A stretch of DNA of 64,000 nucleotides, taken from contig CAVRYE010000008.1 of NCBI GenBank assembly GCA_963725355.1, forward strand, positions 31,785 through 95,784, given 5' to 3'. The DNA comes from an uncultured Acidimicrobiaceae bacterium. GTDB taxonomy: Bacteria; Actinomycetota; Acidimicrobiia; Acidimicrobiales; Bog-793. Below the pieces are notes generated by a model. That model saw only the letters and a program-made list of their open reading frames with translations. It made no database searches and was not told where the DNA came from. How positions within the stretch are numbered: position 1 is the stretch's first letter; each line of letters starts with the position of its first letter. This document shows positions 37,523 through 47,639 of the stretch, one piece after another. A program made the translations under genes and the position numbers.

Positions 37523-37602
37523 GTAGCGAGACCTCGCTCCACGACGCGAGATTAGGTCACCACAAGTTGTGGTCGCGTCCAGCTGTTGTGGCGGTGCCGA
37601 GC

Positions 37603-38397
37603 TCAAGAGGTGATCGGCATCTCGATTGCTGCGTCCATCGCGAGCCAGAACAACGACTCGCGAGCGTCGTCGGCGTGCATCCAGTCCCGGTGGTCCCATG
37701 CCTCGCCGCCGAGCGAGTCGCCGGCGTAGAGGAGCTGCCCGAGCATCACTCCCCGAAAACGGGCCACGGCCAGCAGGGCGGCAGCCTCCATCTCGACGGT
37801 GATGCAGCCCTCGGCTCGTCGCAGCGAGACCTTGGCCCGCGTCTCGCGGTAAACGGCGTCCGTCGTCCAGGTCATCCCGGTGGTGAACAGCACACCGGCG
37901 GCTGAAAGGGCCCCCTCGATCGCCGAGACGGCGGCGGGCGCAGTCTCGATGATGCGGCCCGGGGCAAGGTAGTGGTACGACGTCCCTTCGTCACGGACAG
38001 CTGCAGACACGACGACGGGGTGGCCGAGGGCGAGCTCGGGGTCGAGGGCGCCTGCGCCACCACAGGCGACAATGGCCCGGCAGCCGTAGTCGATCGCCTC
38101 CTCCAAGAACGACGCGGCCAAGGGCGCTCCCACTCCTGGCTGGAAAAAGCCCACCCGCTCTCCCCGATGGTCGAGCTCGAATATCGGATGCACGCCCTGC
38201 TCGGAGTAGAGCTCGGCGACCTGGGGCGCCTCACGCTCGCGAGCGATTCGGGCGACGACGTCGCCAAAAAAGCAGACCACCGCCCGCCGTGCAACATCGA
38301 CCTCGCCCCGCGGCGGGGCGCACAGGTGCTCCGACGGCTCGATGAGGGCGCCCGGATCAGGGTCGAACTCAAGGATCGGGTAAAGGGCGCGGCTCAT
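37603..38397 (-). CDS. Nucleoside phosphorylase family 1 (PNP/UDP-like) protein
   Basis: ATG 38397 (MSRALYPILEFDPD…). GVGAPLAASFLEEA…, VEMEAAALLAVA is typical of the PNP_UDP_1 family. Confidence 0.7.
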   Translation of the reverse strand: MSRALYPILEFDPDPGALIEPSEHLCAPPRGEVDVARRAVVCFFGDVVARIAREREAPQVAELYSEQGVHPIFELDHRGERVGFFQPGVGAPLAASFLEEAIDYGCRAIVACGGAGALDPELALGHPVVVSAAVRDEGTSYHYLAPGRIIETAPAAVSAIEGALSAAGVLFTTGMTWTTDAVYRETRAKVSLRRAEGCITVEMEAAALLAVARFRGVMLGQLLYAGDSLGGEAWDHRDWMHADDARESLFWLAMDAAIEMPITS

Positions 38398-38462
38398 CCC
38401 GCCCGGCAGGGGGCCTCCGAGCGCCGAGCGCGGCCGCACCGCTGGCTCGTGACCGGTTACCG

Positions 38463-39488
38463 CTAACCGCCCGAGACGTCTTCGAGTCTCTGGCGCCCAG
38501 CGGTGACAAAAGGCATCATCGCTCGTAGCTCGGCACCGACCGACTCGACCGGGTGGGCTCTTCCCGCCGCTCTCAGTTCGTTGAACCGTGGCCTGCCGGC
38601 TCGGTCCTCCGCCACCCACTCCGCCGCGAAGGTGCCGTCTTTTATCTCGGCGAGGATCTGACGCATCTCGGCTCGCACGCGCTCGTCGATGATGCGCGGC
38701 CCGCGGGTGAGGTCACCGAACTCGGCCGTGTCCGACACCGAAAAGCGCATGCCTGCGATGCCCTGCTCATACATGAGGTCCACGATCAGCTTCAGCTCGT
38801 GCAGGCACTCGAAGTAGGCAGATTCGGGCTGGTAGCCGGCCTCGACGAGGGTCTCGAACCCAGCCATGACGAGAGCGGTTAGGCCGCCGCACAAAACGAC
38901 CTGCTCGCCGAACAGGTCGGTTTCTGTCTCCTCGGCGAAGGTCGTCTCGAGCACGCCCGCCCGGGTAGCTCCGAGCGCGTCTGCGTAGGAGAGCGCGAGC
39001 TCCATCGCCTTTCCGGAGGCGTCGGCGGAGACCGCGATGAGCGAGGGGACGCCCCCGCCCTCGGTGTAGGTACGACGTACAAGGTGGCCTGGGCCCTTCG
39101 GGGCCACCATGGCAACGTCGACGCCCACCGGTGGCGAGATGAGCCCGAAGCGAATGTTGAACCCGTGGGCGAAGAACACCGCGTCGCCGTCGCTCAGCTG
39201 CGGCGCGATCTCGGCCTCGTAGACGGCTGCCTGCTCGGTGTCGGGCAGCAGGATCATGATGAGGTCGGCCTCGGAGGCGGCTTCGGCCACGCTGGCTACG
39301 CGCAAGCCGGCAGCCTCGGCCTTGGCGCGGGAGGAAGAGCCGGGCCTGAGGCCCACTCTCACGTCGACGCCGGAGTCATGCAGGTTGAGCGCATGGGCAT
39401 GGCCCTGGGACCCGTAGCCGATGATCGCTACCTTGCGGGCATGCACAAGGGACGGGTTCGCATCCTTCTCGTAGTACAGCGTGGCCAT
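38463..39488 (-). CDS. ilvC: Ketol-acid reductoisomerase
   Basis: ATG 39488 ([14 protein letters not shown]…). [18 protein letters not shown] and the class I KARI length. Confidence 0.9.
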   Translation of the reverse strand: MATLYYEKDANPSLVHARKVAIIGYGSQGHAHALNLHDSGVDVRVGLRPGSSSRAKAEAAGLRVASVAEAASEADLIMILLPDTEQAAVYEAEIAPQLSDGDAVFFAHGFNIRFGLISPPVGVDVAMVAPKGPGHLVRRTYTEGGGVPSLIAVSADASGKAMELALSYADALGATRAGVLETTFAEETETDLFGEQVVLCGGLTALVMAGFETLVEAGYQPESAYFECLHELKLIVDLMYEQGIAGMRFSVSDTAEFGDLTRGPRIIDERVRAEMRQILAEIKDGTFAAEWVAEDRAGRPRFNELRAAGRAHPVESVGAELRAMMPFVTAGRQRLEDVSGG

Positions 39489-39592
39489 GACGCTCCTGTC
39501 GTTGTCGCTCGTAGAGATGTGGTTTGGCGAATAAGGCTTTGCCGGACGGTGCGCAGCGCCACAAAGGTGGGCTCTGCACATGTGCAGGTCCT

Positions 39593-40135
39593 CTAGGCGA
39601 TGCCGGCCGTCGTCATGCTCGACGCCTGGGAGTCCAGCTTAGGAAGTGCGATCCTGCCCGTCCTTTGGATACCGGCTATCCCATAGGGCCTCATGAGGCT
39701 CTCGAAGTCGTCAAGCAGCTCCGGCGCACCGGCGACCATGACCGTTATGGCGTCGTGGCCGACGTCGACGATGCGCCCGGCGAAGACACCGACGAGCTGG
39801 ATTACCTGCGAGCGCTCGTTCGCGTTGGCCGTCACGCTCACGAGCAAAAGCTCGGCCTCGCGGGCTTCGTCTGGATGCAGCTCGCCTATCTCGACGACGT
39901 TGATGAGCTTGTCGAGCTGGGCCACCACTTGCTCGAGAGGCGAGGACTCGACATCGACGACGATCGAGATGCGGGAGAAACGCTCGTTGTCGGTGGGTGC
40001 CACAGCCAGAGAAAAGATGTTGTAGCCACGGCGAGAGAACAGCCCGGCCACTCGGGCTAACACACCGGCCTTGTTCTCAACGAGCACCGAAAGCAGGCGG
40101 TGACGGGGCCCGCCCGGCCTGTAGTCCTGTGTCAT
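39593..40135 (-). CDS. ilvN: Acetolactate synthase small (regulatory) subunit
   Basis: 180 aa. ACT domain [27 protein letters not shown]. The start overlaps the ilvB stop. Confidence 0.9.
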   Translation of the reverse strand: MTQDYRPGGPRHRLLSVLVENKAGVLARVAGLFSRRGYNIFSLAVAPTDNERFSRISIVVDVESSPLEQVVAQLDKLINVVEIGELHPDEAREAELLLVSVTANANERSQVIQLVGVFAGRIVDVGHDAITVMVAGAPELLDDFESLMRPYGIAGIQRTGRIALPKLDSQASSMTTAGIA

Positions 40136-41901
40136 TGCGACACCTCCGATCCCCGGACTCGCTGCGATGGGTGGACGACGATGTCGTCGTTGGAAGCTCC
40201 TGCGGGCACCATCGGGAACACCTGCTCCATCGAGTCGGTGCGGAAGTCGATCACGACTGGCCTGTCGTCGATCTCGTTGGCCTTCTCAATGGCCGGCGTC
40301 ACCTCTTCGGAGCTCTCCACGCGCAGCCCGACGCAGCCCATCGCCTCGGCCCAACCGACATAGTCGGGCAGGTCCGGGGACAAGTAGACCTCCGAATAGC
40401 GCTCCTCGTAGAACATGTGCTGCCACTGTCTCACCATGCCGAGATAAGCGTTGTTCAAGATGGCGATCTTGACCGGGATCCGCTCTGCTGTGGCCGTGGC
40501 GAGCTCCTGAGCCGTCATCTGGAAGCAGCCGTCCCCGTCGACGGCCCACACCATGCGGTCGGGCCGCCCCACTTTGGCTCCGATCGCCGCTGGGACGGCA
40601 AAGCCCATCGTGCCTAGACCTCCGGAGTTGATCCAGGTGTTCGGGTGCTCGAAGCTCCAGTGTTGGGAGGCCCACATCTGGTGCTGGCCCACACCGGAGA
40701 CGAGGACCGTGTCGGGCGGCGTCAGCGCCCGCAGCTGCTCGATGACGTACTGCGGCTTCAAGGTGGGTCGCCTGCCGGAGCTGCCCGCGAGCACCTCGGC
40801 GTTGTCTGGCTCCGAGCGGTCGTAGGTGTAGGGGTATTGCTCTTGCCACTTGGACAGCGTCGCGATCCAAGGCTCGAGACGGCCCTTGTCGGGCGGGCCG
40901 CTGGCGGTGATCGACTCGATGAGCCCCTCGATCGCAAGGCGGCAGTCGGCGTGGATGGCCACCTCGGGTCTGCGCACCTTGCCTATCTCGGCCTTGTCGA
41001 TGTCGACGTGGACCACCTTGGCTCTCGGGGCGAAAGCAGAGACCTTGCCCGTGACACGGTCGTCGAAGCGGCTGCCGAGGGCGAGGAGCAGGTCCGCCTG
41101 CTGCATGGCCGTCACGGCGGTGTAGTTGCCGTGCATGCCCGGCATGCCGAGACAAAGCGGGTGACTGTCAGGAAAGCAACCGCGGGCCATGAGGGTCGTG
41201 ACGACAGGGATACCGGTCAGCTCCGCCAGCTCCCTAAGGGCCTTGGAGGCGCGGGACTTCAAGATCCCTCCCCCGGCGTAGATGACTGGCCGCTCGGCGG
41301 CAGCCACCAGCTCGGCTGCAGCCGATATCGCCGCTCGGTCGGGCTGAGAGGCCGGATGATAGCCGGGCAGGTCGACGCCGTCGGGCCAGTACCACTCCAT
41401 CATCGAGGTGGCGATGTCCTTCGGCACGTCGATCAGCACAGGCCCGGGGCGGCCGGTGGTGGCGATGTGGAACGCCTCGCGGACGATCTGGGGGATGTCG
41501 GCGGCGTCGGTGACGAGCCAGTTGTGCTTGGTGACGCCGAGGGTGATGCCGGTCGTGTCGCTCTCTTGGAAGGCGTCGGTACCAATGGCGCTCGTGGCGA
41601 CCTGTCCGGTCACGACGACCAAGGGGATCGAGTCCATGTAGGCGTCGGCAAGGGCAGTCACGATATTGGTCGCCCCGGGACCGCTCGTGACCATCGCCAC
41701 GCCCGGACGACCGGTGGCCTGGGCGTAGCCCTCTGCCATATGACCGGCGCCCTGCTCGTGGCGGACGAGGATGTGGCGGATCGGCGAGTCGATGATGGGG
41801 TCGTATACAGGGAGGATCGCCCCACCGGGAAGGCCGAATATGACTTCGACCTCTTGCATCTCGAGGCTCTTCACAAGCGCTTGCGCTCCGGTGAGCTCCA
41901 T
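40132..41901 (-). CDS. ilvB: Acetolactate synthase large subunit
   Basis: ATG 41901 (MELTGAQALVKSLE…) with GAGGAAG upstream; alternative ATG at 41916. ThDP motif GGLGTMGFAVPAAIGAK…DGDGCFQM…NN. Confidence 0.9.
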   Translation of the reverse strand: MELTGAQALVKSLEMQEVEVIFGLPGGAILPVYDPIIDSPIRHILVRHEQGAGHMAEGYAQATGRPGVAMVTSGPGATNIVTALADAYMDSIPLVVVTGQVATSAIGTDAFQESDTTGITLGVTKHNWLVTDAADIPQIVREAFHIATTGRPGPVLIDVPKDIATSMMEWYWPDGVDLPGYHPASQPDRAAISAAAELVAAAERPVIYAGGGILKSRASKALRELAELTGIPVVTTLMARGCFPDSHPLCLGMPGMHGNYTAVTAMQQADLLLALGSRFDDRVTGKVSAFAPRAKVVHVDIDKAEIGKVRRPEVAIHADCRLAIEGLIESITASGPPDKGRLEPWIATLSKWQEQYPYTYDRSEPDNAEVLAGSSGRRPTLKPQYVIEQLRALTPPDTVLVSGVGQHQMWASQHWSFEHPNTWINSGGLGTMGFAVPAAIGAKVGRPDRMVWAVDGDGCFQMTAQELATATAERIPVKIAILNNAYLGMVRQWQHMFYEERYSEVYLSPDLPDYVGWAEAMGCVGLRVESSEEVTPAIEKANEIDDRPVVIDFRTDSMEQVFPMVPAGASNDDIVVHPSQRVRGSEVSQ

Positions 41902-41983
41902 CGGGCTTCCTCTCATCTCGTCGGTCTGTTGTGGGTCGGTCCTCGTACTGCTCTTTCCGGCCGGGCGACTGCTACGTCGGTGC

Positions 41984-42017
41984 CGGAAAACGAAACGACC
42001 TCCCCTTTGGGGAGGTC
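41984..42017 (-). terminator. Intrinsic terminator in the ilvB 5' leader (attenuator)
   Basis: Minus-strand GACCUCCCC-AAA-GGGGAGGUC (perfect 9-bp stem, 41997-42017) followed by GUUUCGUUUUCC. A second hairpin (GCGCACGACGC…GCGUUGUUGCGC) lies between it and the leader ORF stop. Confidence 0.6.
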
Positions 42018-42048
42018 GCAGGCGCAACAACGCTATTGGCGTCGTGCG

Positions 42049-42084
42049 CTAGGTGATAAGTACGAGGCGGCCGGTTGCGGTCAT
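42049..42084 (-). CDS. Candidate ilvB leader peptide MTATGRLVLIT (run of Leu-Val-Leu-Ile codons)
   Basis: ATG 42084, TAG 42049-42051. Four consecutive branched-chain codons sit directly upstream of two alternative hairpins and a U-tailed terminator. Confidence 0.5.
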   Translation of the reverse strand: MTATGRLVLIT

Positions 42085-42092
42085 TGGCGACA

Positions 42093-42121
42093 AGTGTTGC
42101 AGAGCCGCTTGCCGCTCGCAA
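42093..42121 (-). promoter_or_regulatory. Candidate promoter for the ilvB leader (TTGCGA-N17-AACACT)
   Basis: Minus-strand TTGCGA (42116-42121), a 17-nt spacer, then AACACT (42093-42098), 8 nt before the leader ATG. This is compatible with a near-leaderless leader transcript. Sequence match only. Confidence 0.3.
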
Positions 42122-42174
42122 ACTTTTCCGTCGAAGCGGGCGGCTCGTGCCACGCTCAGATGAGCTCAGCGGTG

Positions 42175-43865
42175 CTACGGCTCGGTGACAGCGCCCCGCT
42201 CGGCCCCGACCACGAGCCTCGCGTACTTGGCGAGCACGCCAGTGCCATAACGGGGAACGGGCGGCTTCCAGTCCTGGTGGCGCCGCTCGAGCTCCCCGGG
42301 CTCGACGACGACGTCGAGACGGCCCTTTTGCGCGTCGAGGATGACTTCGTCCCCGTCCTTTATGAGGGCGATAGGCCCGCCGATGGCCGCCTCGGGGGCG
42401 ACATGGCCCACGCAGAAGCCTTGGGTGCCGCCGGAGAAGCGGCCGTCGGTGACGAGTGCACAGTCCCCGCCGCGCCCGGCCCCGGTCATGGCGCCGGTCA
42501 CCGCGAGCATCTCACGCATGCCCGGGCCTCCCTTTGGACCCTCGTAGCGAACGACCACGACGGTCCCCGGCACGATGGTGCCCGCCAAGATTGCGTCCAT
42601 GGCCGCGCCCTCACCGTCGAAGACCCTGGCACGACCCGAGAAGGAAAGGTCCCCATCGATACCAGCCACCTTCACGACGGCGCCTTCGGGGGCGAGCGAC
42701 CCGCGCAGGATGGCGATGCCGCCGTCTGCGTGGATCGGCTCGGAAAAGGCGTGGACAACCGATCCATCCGGAGCAGGCGGGTCGATCTCGGCCAGGTTGT
42801 CGGCCATCGACTTGCCCGTGACGGTCAGGCAGTCACCGTGCAGCAGGCCTTCTTCGAGCAAGGCGCGCAGCACAACGGCGACACCGCCGATCCGGTCGAG
42901 GTCGGTCATGTGGTATCTGCCGTGTGGCTTCATGTCGGCAAGGTGGGGCACGCGCCGGCCCATGCGGGCGAAGTCGTCGAGATGCAGCTCGACGCGGGAC
43001 TCGTTGGCGATGGCGAGCAGGTGCAAGACAGCATTGGTGGAGCCGCCGAGGGCCATGACCGTGGCGATGGCGTTCTCAAAGGCCTCCTTCGTCATGATCT
43101 GGCGCGGCCGGATCCCACTTTCCAAAAGACCCATCACCGCCTGTCCGCTCGCGTAGGCGATGTCGTCGCGGCGGCGGTCGACCGCCGGGGCCGATGCACC
43201 AGCAGGAAGCGCCATGCCGAGCGCCTCTGCCACCGACGCCATGGTGTTGGCCGTGAACATCCCCGCACAGGAGCCCTCGCTCGGGCAGGCGTTGGCCTCT
43301 ATCGCGGCCAGCTCCCTGTCGTCGATCGTGCCCACGGCGCGCGCCCCACGGCCTCGAAGACCGAGACCACGTCGAGGGCGCGGTCACCGAGGCGACCCGG
43401 CAGGATCGTGCCGCCGTAGACGAAGACCATGGGCAGGTCGAGCCGGCCGGCGGCCATGAGCATCCCGGGGAGCGATTTGTCACAACCGGCCAGGCCGACG
43501 AAGGCGTCGAAGCGCTCGGCGTGCATCATCGCCTCCACGGAGTCGGCGATGATCTCCCGGCTCACCAAGGAGGCGTGCATGCCTTCATGGCCCATGGCGA
43601 TGCCGTCGGACACGGCGATCGTGACGAACTCGAAGGGGAAGCCACCAGCCGCCCGGACTCCTTGCTTGGCTCTCTGCGCCAAGCGGGCCAGAGGCAGGTT
43701 GCAAGGCGTGACCTCGTTCCAGGTGGAGGCGACACCGACTTGAGGTTTGCCGAAGTCCTCGTCGGTCATCCCGACGGCGCGCAGCATGGCGCGCGACGGG
43801 GCACGGCGGAAGCCCTCGGTGACGTCCTGGCTGTGGATCTTTAGAGAGCGGATCTTGTCGGTCAT
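42175..43865 (-). pseudogene. ilvD: Dihydroxy-acid dehydratase with apparent frameshift near 43336-43345
   Basis: N-part (ORF 43299..43874; [18 protein letters not shown]…[12 protein letters not shown]…[11 protein letters not shown]). C-part (ORF 42175..43335; [32 protein letters not shown]…). The junction lies in a GCGCGC context. ATG 43865 chosen as start. Confidence 0.85.
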
Positions 43866-43912
43866 CGTCCTCAACCTACCTGGCGGGCATCGTCCTCAAC
43901 CTACCTGGCGGG
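43863..43912. repeat. Perfect 25-bp tandem duplication (2 copies) spanning the ilvD start codon and RBS
   Basis: CATCGTCCTCAACCTACCTGGCGGG occurs at 43863-43887 and again at 43888-43912 with no mismatch. On the minus strand each copy reads CCCGCCAGGTAGGTTGAGGACGATG. Confidence 0.9.
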
Positions 43913-43920
43913 CCACACGC

Positions 43921-44392
43921 TAGGCGTGGCGAGGTTCGCGTTCTCCGATCTGAGCTCGAAGGGCCGCCACCATCGACTCGATCTCGGCTTGGCTACCGCG
44001 TCTCGCGCCCTCCCACTCGTCCACGCGGTGCCATGGGACCTCGTCGGGCGTTCCGGGCCAGCGGGGAAGAAGGTGGACGTGGAGGTGGTCCACCCCGTGG
44101 CCGATTGTCGCCAGATAGACCCGCTCGGCCCCGAGTGCCTTGAGGGCCGCCGAACAGGTCGCGATGACGGCCCCGACGGCTTCTGCCTCCGCTCGCTCGA
44201 GGCCGGCGAAGTCTGGGCAGTGACGTCGCGGTGTGACGAGGAGATGACCGAGGTAGGAGGAACGGACAACGGCGGCACGTGAAAGGCGACGACAACTTCT
44301 TCGAAGATGAGGTTGCCGCCGGGCACGGCGACTTCGCCCGCCTGCTCTTGGCAGACGAGACAGACAAGGGGGTCGCCGTCAGCCGCGGTCAC
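43921..44392 (-). pseudogene. HIT-family (histidine triad) hydrolase with apparent frameshift near 44257-44275
   Basis: Own translation. GTG 44392 VTAADGDPLVCLVCQEQAGEVAVPGGNLIFEEVVVAFHVPPL…, then in another frame SYLGHLLVTPRRHCPDFAGL…IGHGVDHLHVHLLPRWPG…REPRHA*, with the stop at 43921-43923. The HxHxHxx triad is present. The track ORF 43901..44551 mixes these frames. Confidence 0.7.
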
Positions 44393-44421
44393 CTCAGGAA
44401 GCGGTCGGGACGAGGCGGCCG

Positions 44422-45867
44422 TCAGGCTCCGCGCCGTGAGACGAACGCCGCTGCCACGAGCTTGCCGTTCGCTCGGCCCTTGGAGGCTCGCATGACCTGG
44501 CCCAAGAGGAACTGGGCCACCTTGTCGTCGCCGCCGCGGTAGCGCTGCCACTCCTCGGGGTTGGCTGCGATCACCTCGTCCACCATCGCCTCGAGCGCCG
44601 AGGCGTCCATCTGCTCGTAGCCGAGCCCGGCGGCGATACGGGCCGGGTCGCCCCCCTTGGCGATCAGCTCGGCGAGCACCTCTTTGGACTGAGTGGCCGA
44701 CAGCTGAGCGGAGGACTCCATCTTGATGAGAGCGGCGAAGGCGACAGGATTGAGCCCCCGGGCGGCCTCGGCGTTGGCGGCTGCCTCGTTCGCCGCCCGG
44801 GCGAGTGCCAGCCGGGGCTCGGCGCCTGCTGCGACGGCGGCATGCACGAGGGCGTCGAGACCGAGGTCGACGACGGTGACTACTTGGTCGGTCGAGCTGT
44901 CCCGACGCGTGGCTAGGTCCGCCTCCTCTTCGAGCAGCGCGGAAAGACGGCGACGGCGCTCGGCCGGCATCGGTCCGACGCCCTCGGCCGCCGCCGCCAG
45001 CAGCGCCTCGACAGGCACGAGCGGGGTGAGGTCCGGCTCGGGAAAATAGCGGTAGTCGTTCGCCTCCTCCTTGGAGCGCATCGAGTGCGTGCTCGAGTCA
45101 CCCTCGTCGAAGTGACGAGTCTCTTGTATGACCTTCTCCCCGGACTCGACAAGGGCGATCTGGCGCCCGACCTCGTAGTCGATGGCCCGCTCCAAAGAGC
45201 GCAGGGAGTTGAGGTTCTTTACCTCGCAGCGAGTCCCGAACTCGCTCGAGCCGACCGGGCGCACCGAGACGTTGGCGTCGACGCGCAACGAGCCTTCTTC
45301 CATCCGGCCGTCGGAAGCCCCCGTGGCGACGAGGATTGAGCGGAGCTCATCGACATAGGCCCGAGCCTGGGCCGCCGAGCGGATATCAGGGCGCGAGACG
45401 ATCTCGACGAGGGGCACGCCCGCCCGGTTGTAGTCGACCAGCGAATAGCCGGCCTCATGGATGCGGCCCCCTCCGCCGACATGGGTCGTCTTGCCCGTGT
45501 CCTCTTCCATATGGGCGCGCTCGATGCCGACGCGCGACCCGTCGGGCAGCTCGAGGAAGCCGTCGACGTTGATCGGCTCGTCGTATTGGCTGATCTGGTA
45601 GTCCTTCGGCATGTCGGGATAGAAGTAGTTCTTGCGGTGAAAGATCGAGCGTCGCGGGCTGCAGTTGAGGGCGGCACCGATCCTCAGCGCGAGCTCGACG
45701 GCGCGGCGGTTGATCACGGGCAGCGAGCCGGGCAGGCCAAGGCACACGGGGCAGATGTTCGTGTTCGGCTCGTCGCCGAAAGCGTTGCGGCACCCGCAAA
45801 AGAGCTTGGTGGCCGTGGCGAGCTCACAGTGAACCTCGAGGCCGACGACGGTCTCGTAATCGGTCAT
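44422..45867 (-). CDS. gatB: Asp/Glu-tRNA amidotransferase subunit B
   Basis: ATG 45867 overlaps the gatA stop (ATGA). [18 protein letters not shown]…[12 protein letters not shown]…, C-terminal YqeY-like domain. Confidence 0.9.
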   Translation of the reverse strand: MTDYETVVGLEVHCELATATKLFCGCRNAFGDEPNTNICPVCLGLPGSLPVINRRAVELALRIGAALNCSPRRSIFHRKNYFYPDMPKDYQISQYDEPINVDGFLELPDGSRVGIERAHMEEDTGKTTHVGGGGRIHEAGYSLVDYNRAGVPLVEIVSRPDIRSAAQARAYVDELRSILVATGASDGRMEEGSLRVDANVSVRPVGSSEFGTRCEVKNLNSLRSLERAIDYEVGRQIALVESGEKVIQETRHFDEGDSSTHSMRSKEEANDYRYFPEPDLTPLVPVEALLAAAAEGVGPMPAERRRRLSALLEEEADLATRRDSSTDQVVTVVDLGLDALVHAAVAAGAEPRLALARAANEAAANAEAARGLNPVAFAALIKMESSAQLSATQSKEVLAELIAKGGDPARIAAGLGYEQMDASALEAMVDEVIAANPEEWQRYRGGDDKVAQFLLGQVMRASKGRANGKLVAAAFVSRRGA

Positions 45868-47331
45868 GGCGTCACCGGTCCCCGGGCCGCACGGGGCGCG
45901 GCAGCCTCGAGGCTGGCGGCCACTCGCATCATGACCGCCTCTCCGAGCGCAGGGGCGAGCACCTGCACGCCGATGGGTAGGCCCTCGGAGCTGAGGGCGA
46001 AGGGCACACTGGCGGCCGGATGGCCCGCCAGACTGGAAGGGATCGAGCACAGGTCGCACATGTACATCTCGATCGGGTCGTCCACCTTTGAGCCGAAGGG
46101 GAACGCGACCGAGGGCGTCGTCGGCGTCAAGAGGACGTCGAAGTCCTTGTAGGCGGCCTCGAAGGCGCGTATCACCAGCGTACGGGCCTTTTGCGCTTGT
46201 CCGTAGTAAGCGTCGTAGTAGCCGGCCGAGAGTGCGTAGGTGCCCATCATGATGCGCCTTTTTACCTCGGCGCCGAAGCCCTGGCCCCGGGTCCTGGCGT
46301 TCATCGTCTCGACGTCCGGGCCGTCGACGCGAAGCCCGTAGCGGACTCCGTCGTAGCGGGAGAGGTTCGACGACGCCTCGGCCGGAGCGATGACGTAGTA
46401 GGCGGGCAGGCCCAACAACAGCTCTGGGATCTGGACCTCGTCGAGCTTGGCGCCCGCGCCCACGAGAGCCTCGCCTGCGGCGACCACGGCGCTCGAGGAC
46501 TCCGAGCCGTCGGAAAGAAAGTCCGTCACGATCCCCACCCGCAGGCCCGAGACGCCGTCGGCCAAGGTGGCGAGCAGGCTCGGCGCAGGCTGGTCGAGCG
46601 ACGTTGAGTCCATCGGGTCGTGGCCCGCGATCACCTCGAGGGCTAGGGCGGAATCGGCGACCGTGGTGGTGAAGGGACCTATTTGATCAAGCGAGCTGGC
46701 AAACGCGATCAGGCCGTAGCGGGAGACGACCCCGTAGGTCGGCTTCACCCCGACGATGCCGCACAAGGCCGCTGGCTGACGGATCGATCCGCCCGTGTCG
46801 CTTCCAAACGAGAGAGGCACCATCCCCGCCGCCACGGCGGCTGCGCTCCCGCCCGAGGAGCCGCCCGGTACCCGCCCGGTGTCCCAAGGGTTCTTGGTCG
46901 GGCCGAAGGCGGAGTTCTCCGTCGAAGAGCCCATGGCGAACTCGTCGAGGTTTGTCTTGCCGATCGCGACTGCTCCCGCCTCGCGCAGGCGGCGTCACGA
47001 TCGTGGCGTCATAAGGGGGCAGCCAGCCCTCGAGGATCTTCGAAGAGCACGTCGTAGGGATGCCCCTGGTGCAGAGGTTGTCCTTGAGAGCCACCGGCAC
47101 GCCGGCCAGAGCACCGGGGTCGCGACCCGAACGGACTGTGGCGTCGACGGCATCGGCGGCCGCCTCAGCCGCCTCGACTGTCACCTCGTTGAAGCAGTGC
47201 AGGTCCCCCTCGAGCTCACGGACGCGCTCGAGGGACCTCGATAGGACCGCACGGGCGGAAATCGCCCCGTTACGGACAGAGGCGGCGATCTCGGCCAGGC
47301 TGCCTAGCTCGGGAGCGGGGCTTGCCGTCAC
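45864..47331 (-). pseudogene. gatA: Asp/Glu-tRNA amidotransferase subunit A with apparent 1-nt insertion near 46995
   Basis: N-part ORF 46687..47331 is conserved to …ILEGWLPPYDATIV. The continuation [38 protein letters not shown]…[14 protein letters not shown] is in the frame of ORF 45864..46934. The GTG start 47331 overlaps the gatC stop. Confidence 0.85.
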
Positions 47332-47639
47332 GGTGCCTCCCCCATGATGCGGGGTACCCGGAACCGGTTGGCTTCGGCTACCGGTGCCTCGGCCAAGACG
47401 TCGTCACGGTCGAGACACGGCGTCTCGACGTCGGCGCGCAGCACGTTCTCGACCGGGAAGGGGTGGGCCGTTGGCGGGACGTCGGCCGTGTCGAGCCTGC
47501 GCACTGCCTCCACGTGCTCCAAGAGCGCTGACAGCTGCACGGCGTAACGGCTGACCTCGTCCTCGTCGAGAGCAAGCCGGGCAAGGCGCGCCACGTGGCG
47601 GACGTCCTCGGGCGAGATGAACCTTTCCTCTCCGCTCAC
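47328..47639 (-). CDS. gatC: Asp/Glu-tRNA amidotransferase subunit C
   Basis: GTG 47639 (preceded by GGGGGAGAG) gives a 103-aa protein: ISPEDVRHVARLARLALDEDEV…LLEHVEAVRRLDT…. The longer track ORF 47328..47837 is an upstream extension. Confidence 0.85.
   Translation of the reverse strand: MSGEERFISPEDVRHVARLARLALDEDEVSRYAVQLSALLEHVEAVRRLDTADVPPTAHPFPVENVLRADVETPCLDRDDVLAEAPVAEANRFRVPRIMGEAP

Noticed and set aside
40645-43419. 924-aa plus-strand ORF, the longest in the track
   Set aside because: It lies antisense to ilvB and ilvD, whose products are unmistakably conserved. Its product is Gly/Arg/Asp/Val-rich low-complexity, typical of shadow ORFs in high-GC DNA, and has no recognisable motif.
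43901-44551. 216-aa minus-strand ORF taken at face value as one protein
   Set aside because: It is a chimera: a read-through from the gatB 3' region, then the HIT N-terminus, then an out-of-frame stretch. The real HIT C-terminus (HLHVHLL triad) is in another frame, so I annotated a frameshifted HIT gene at 43921-44392 instead.
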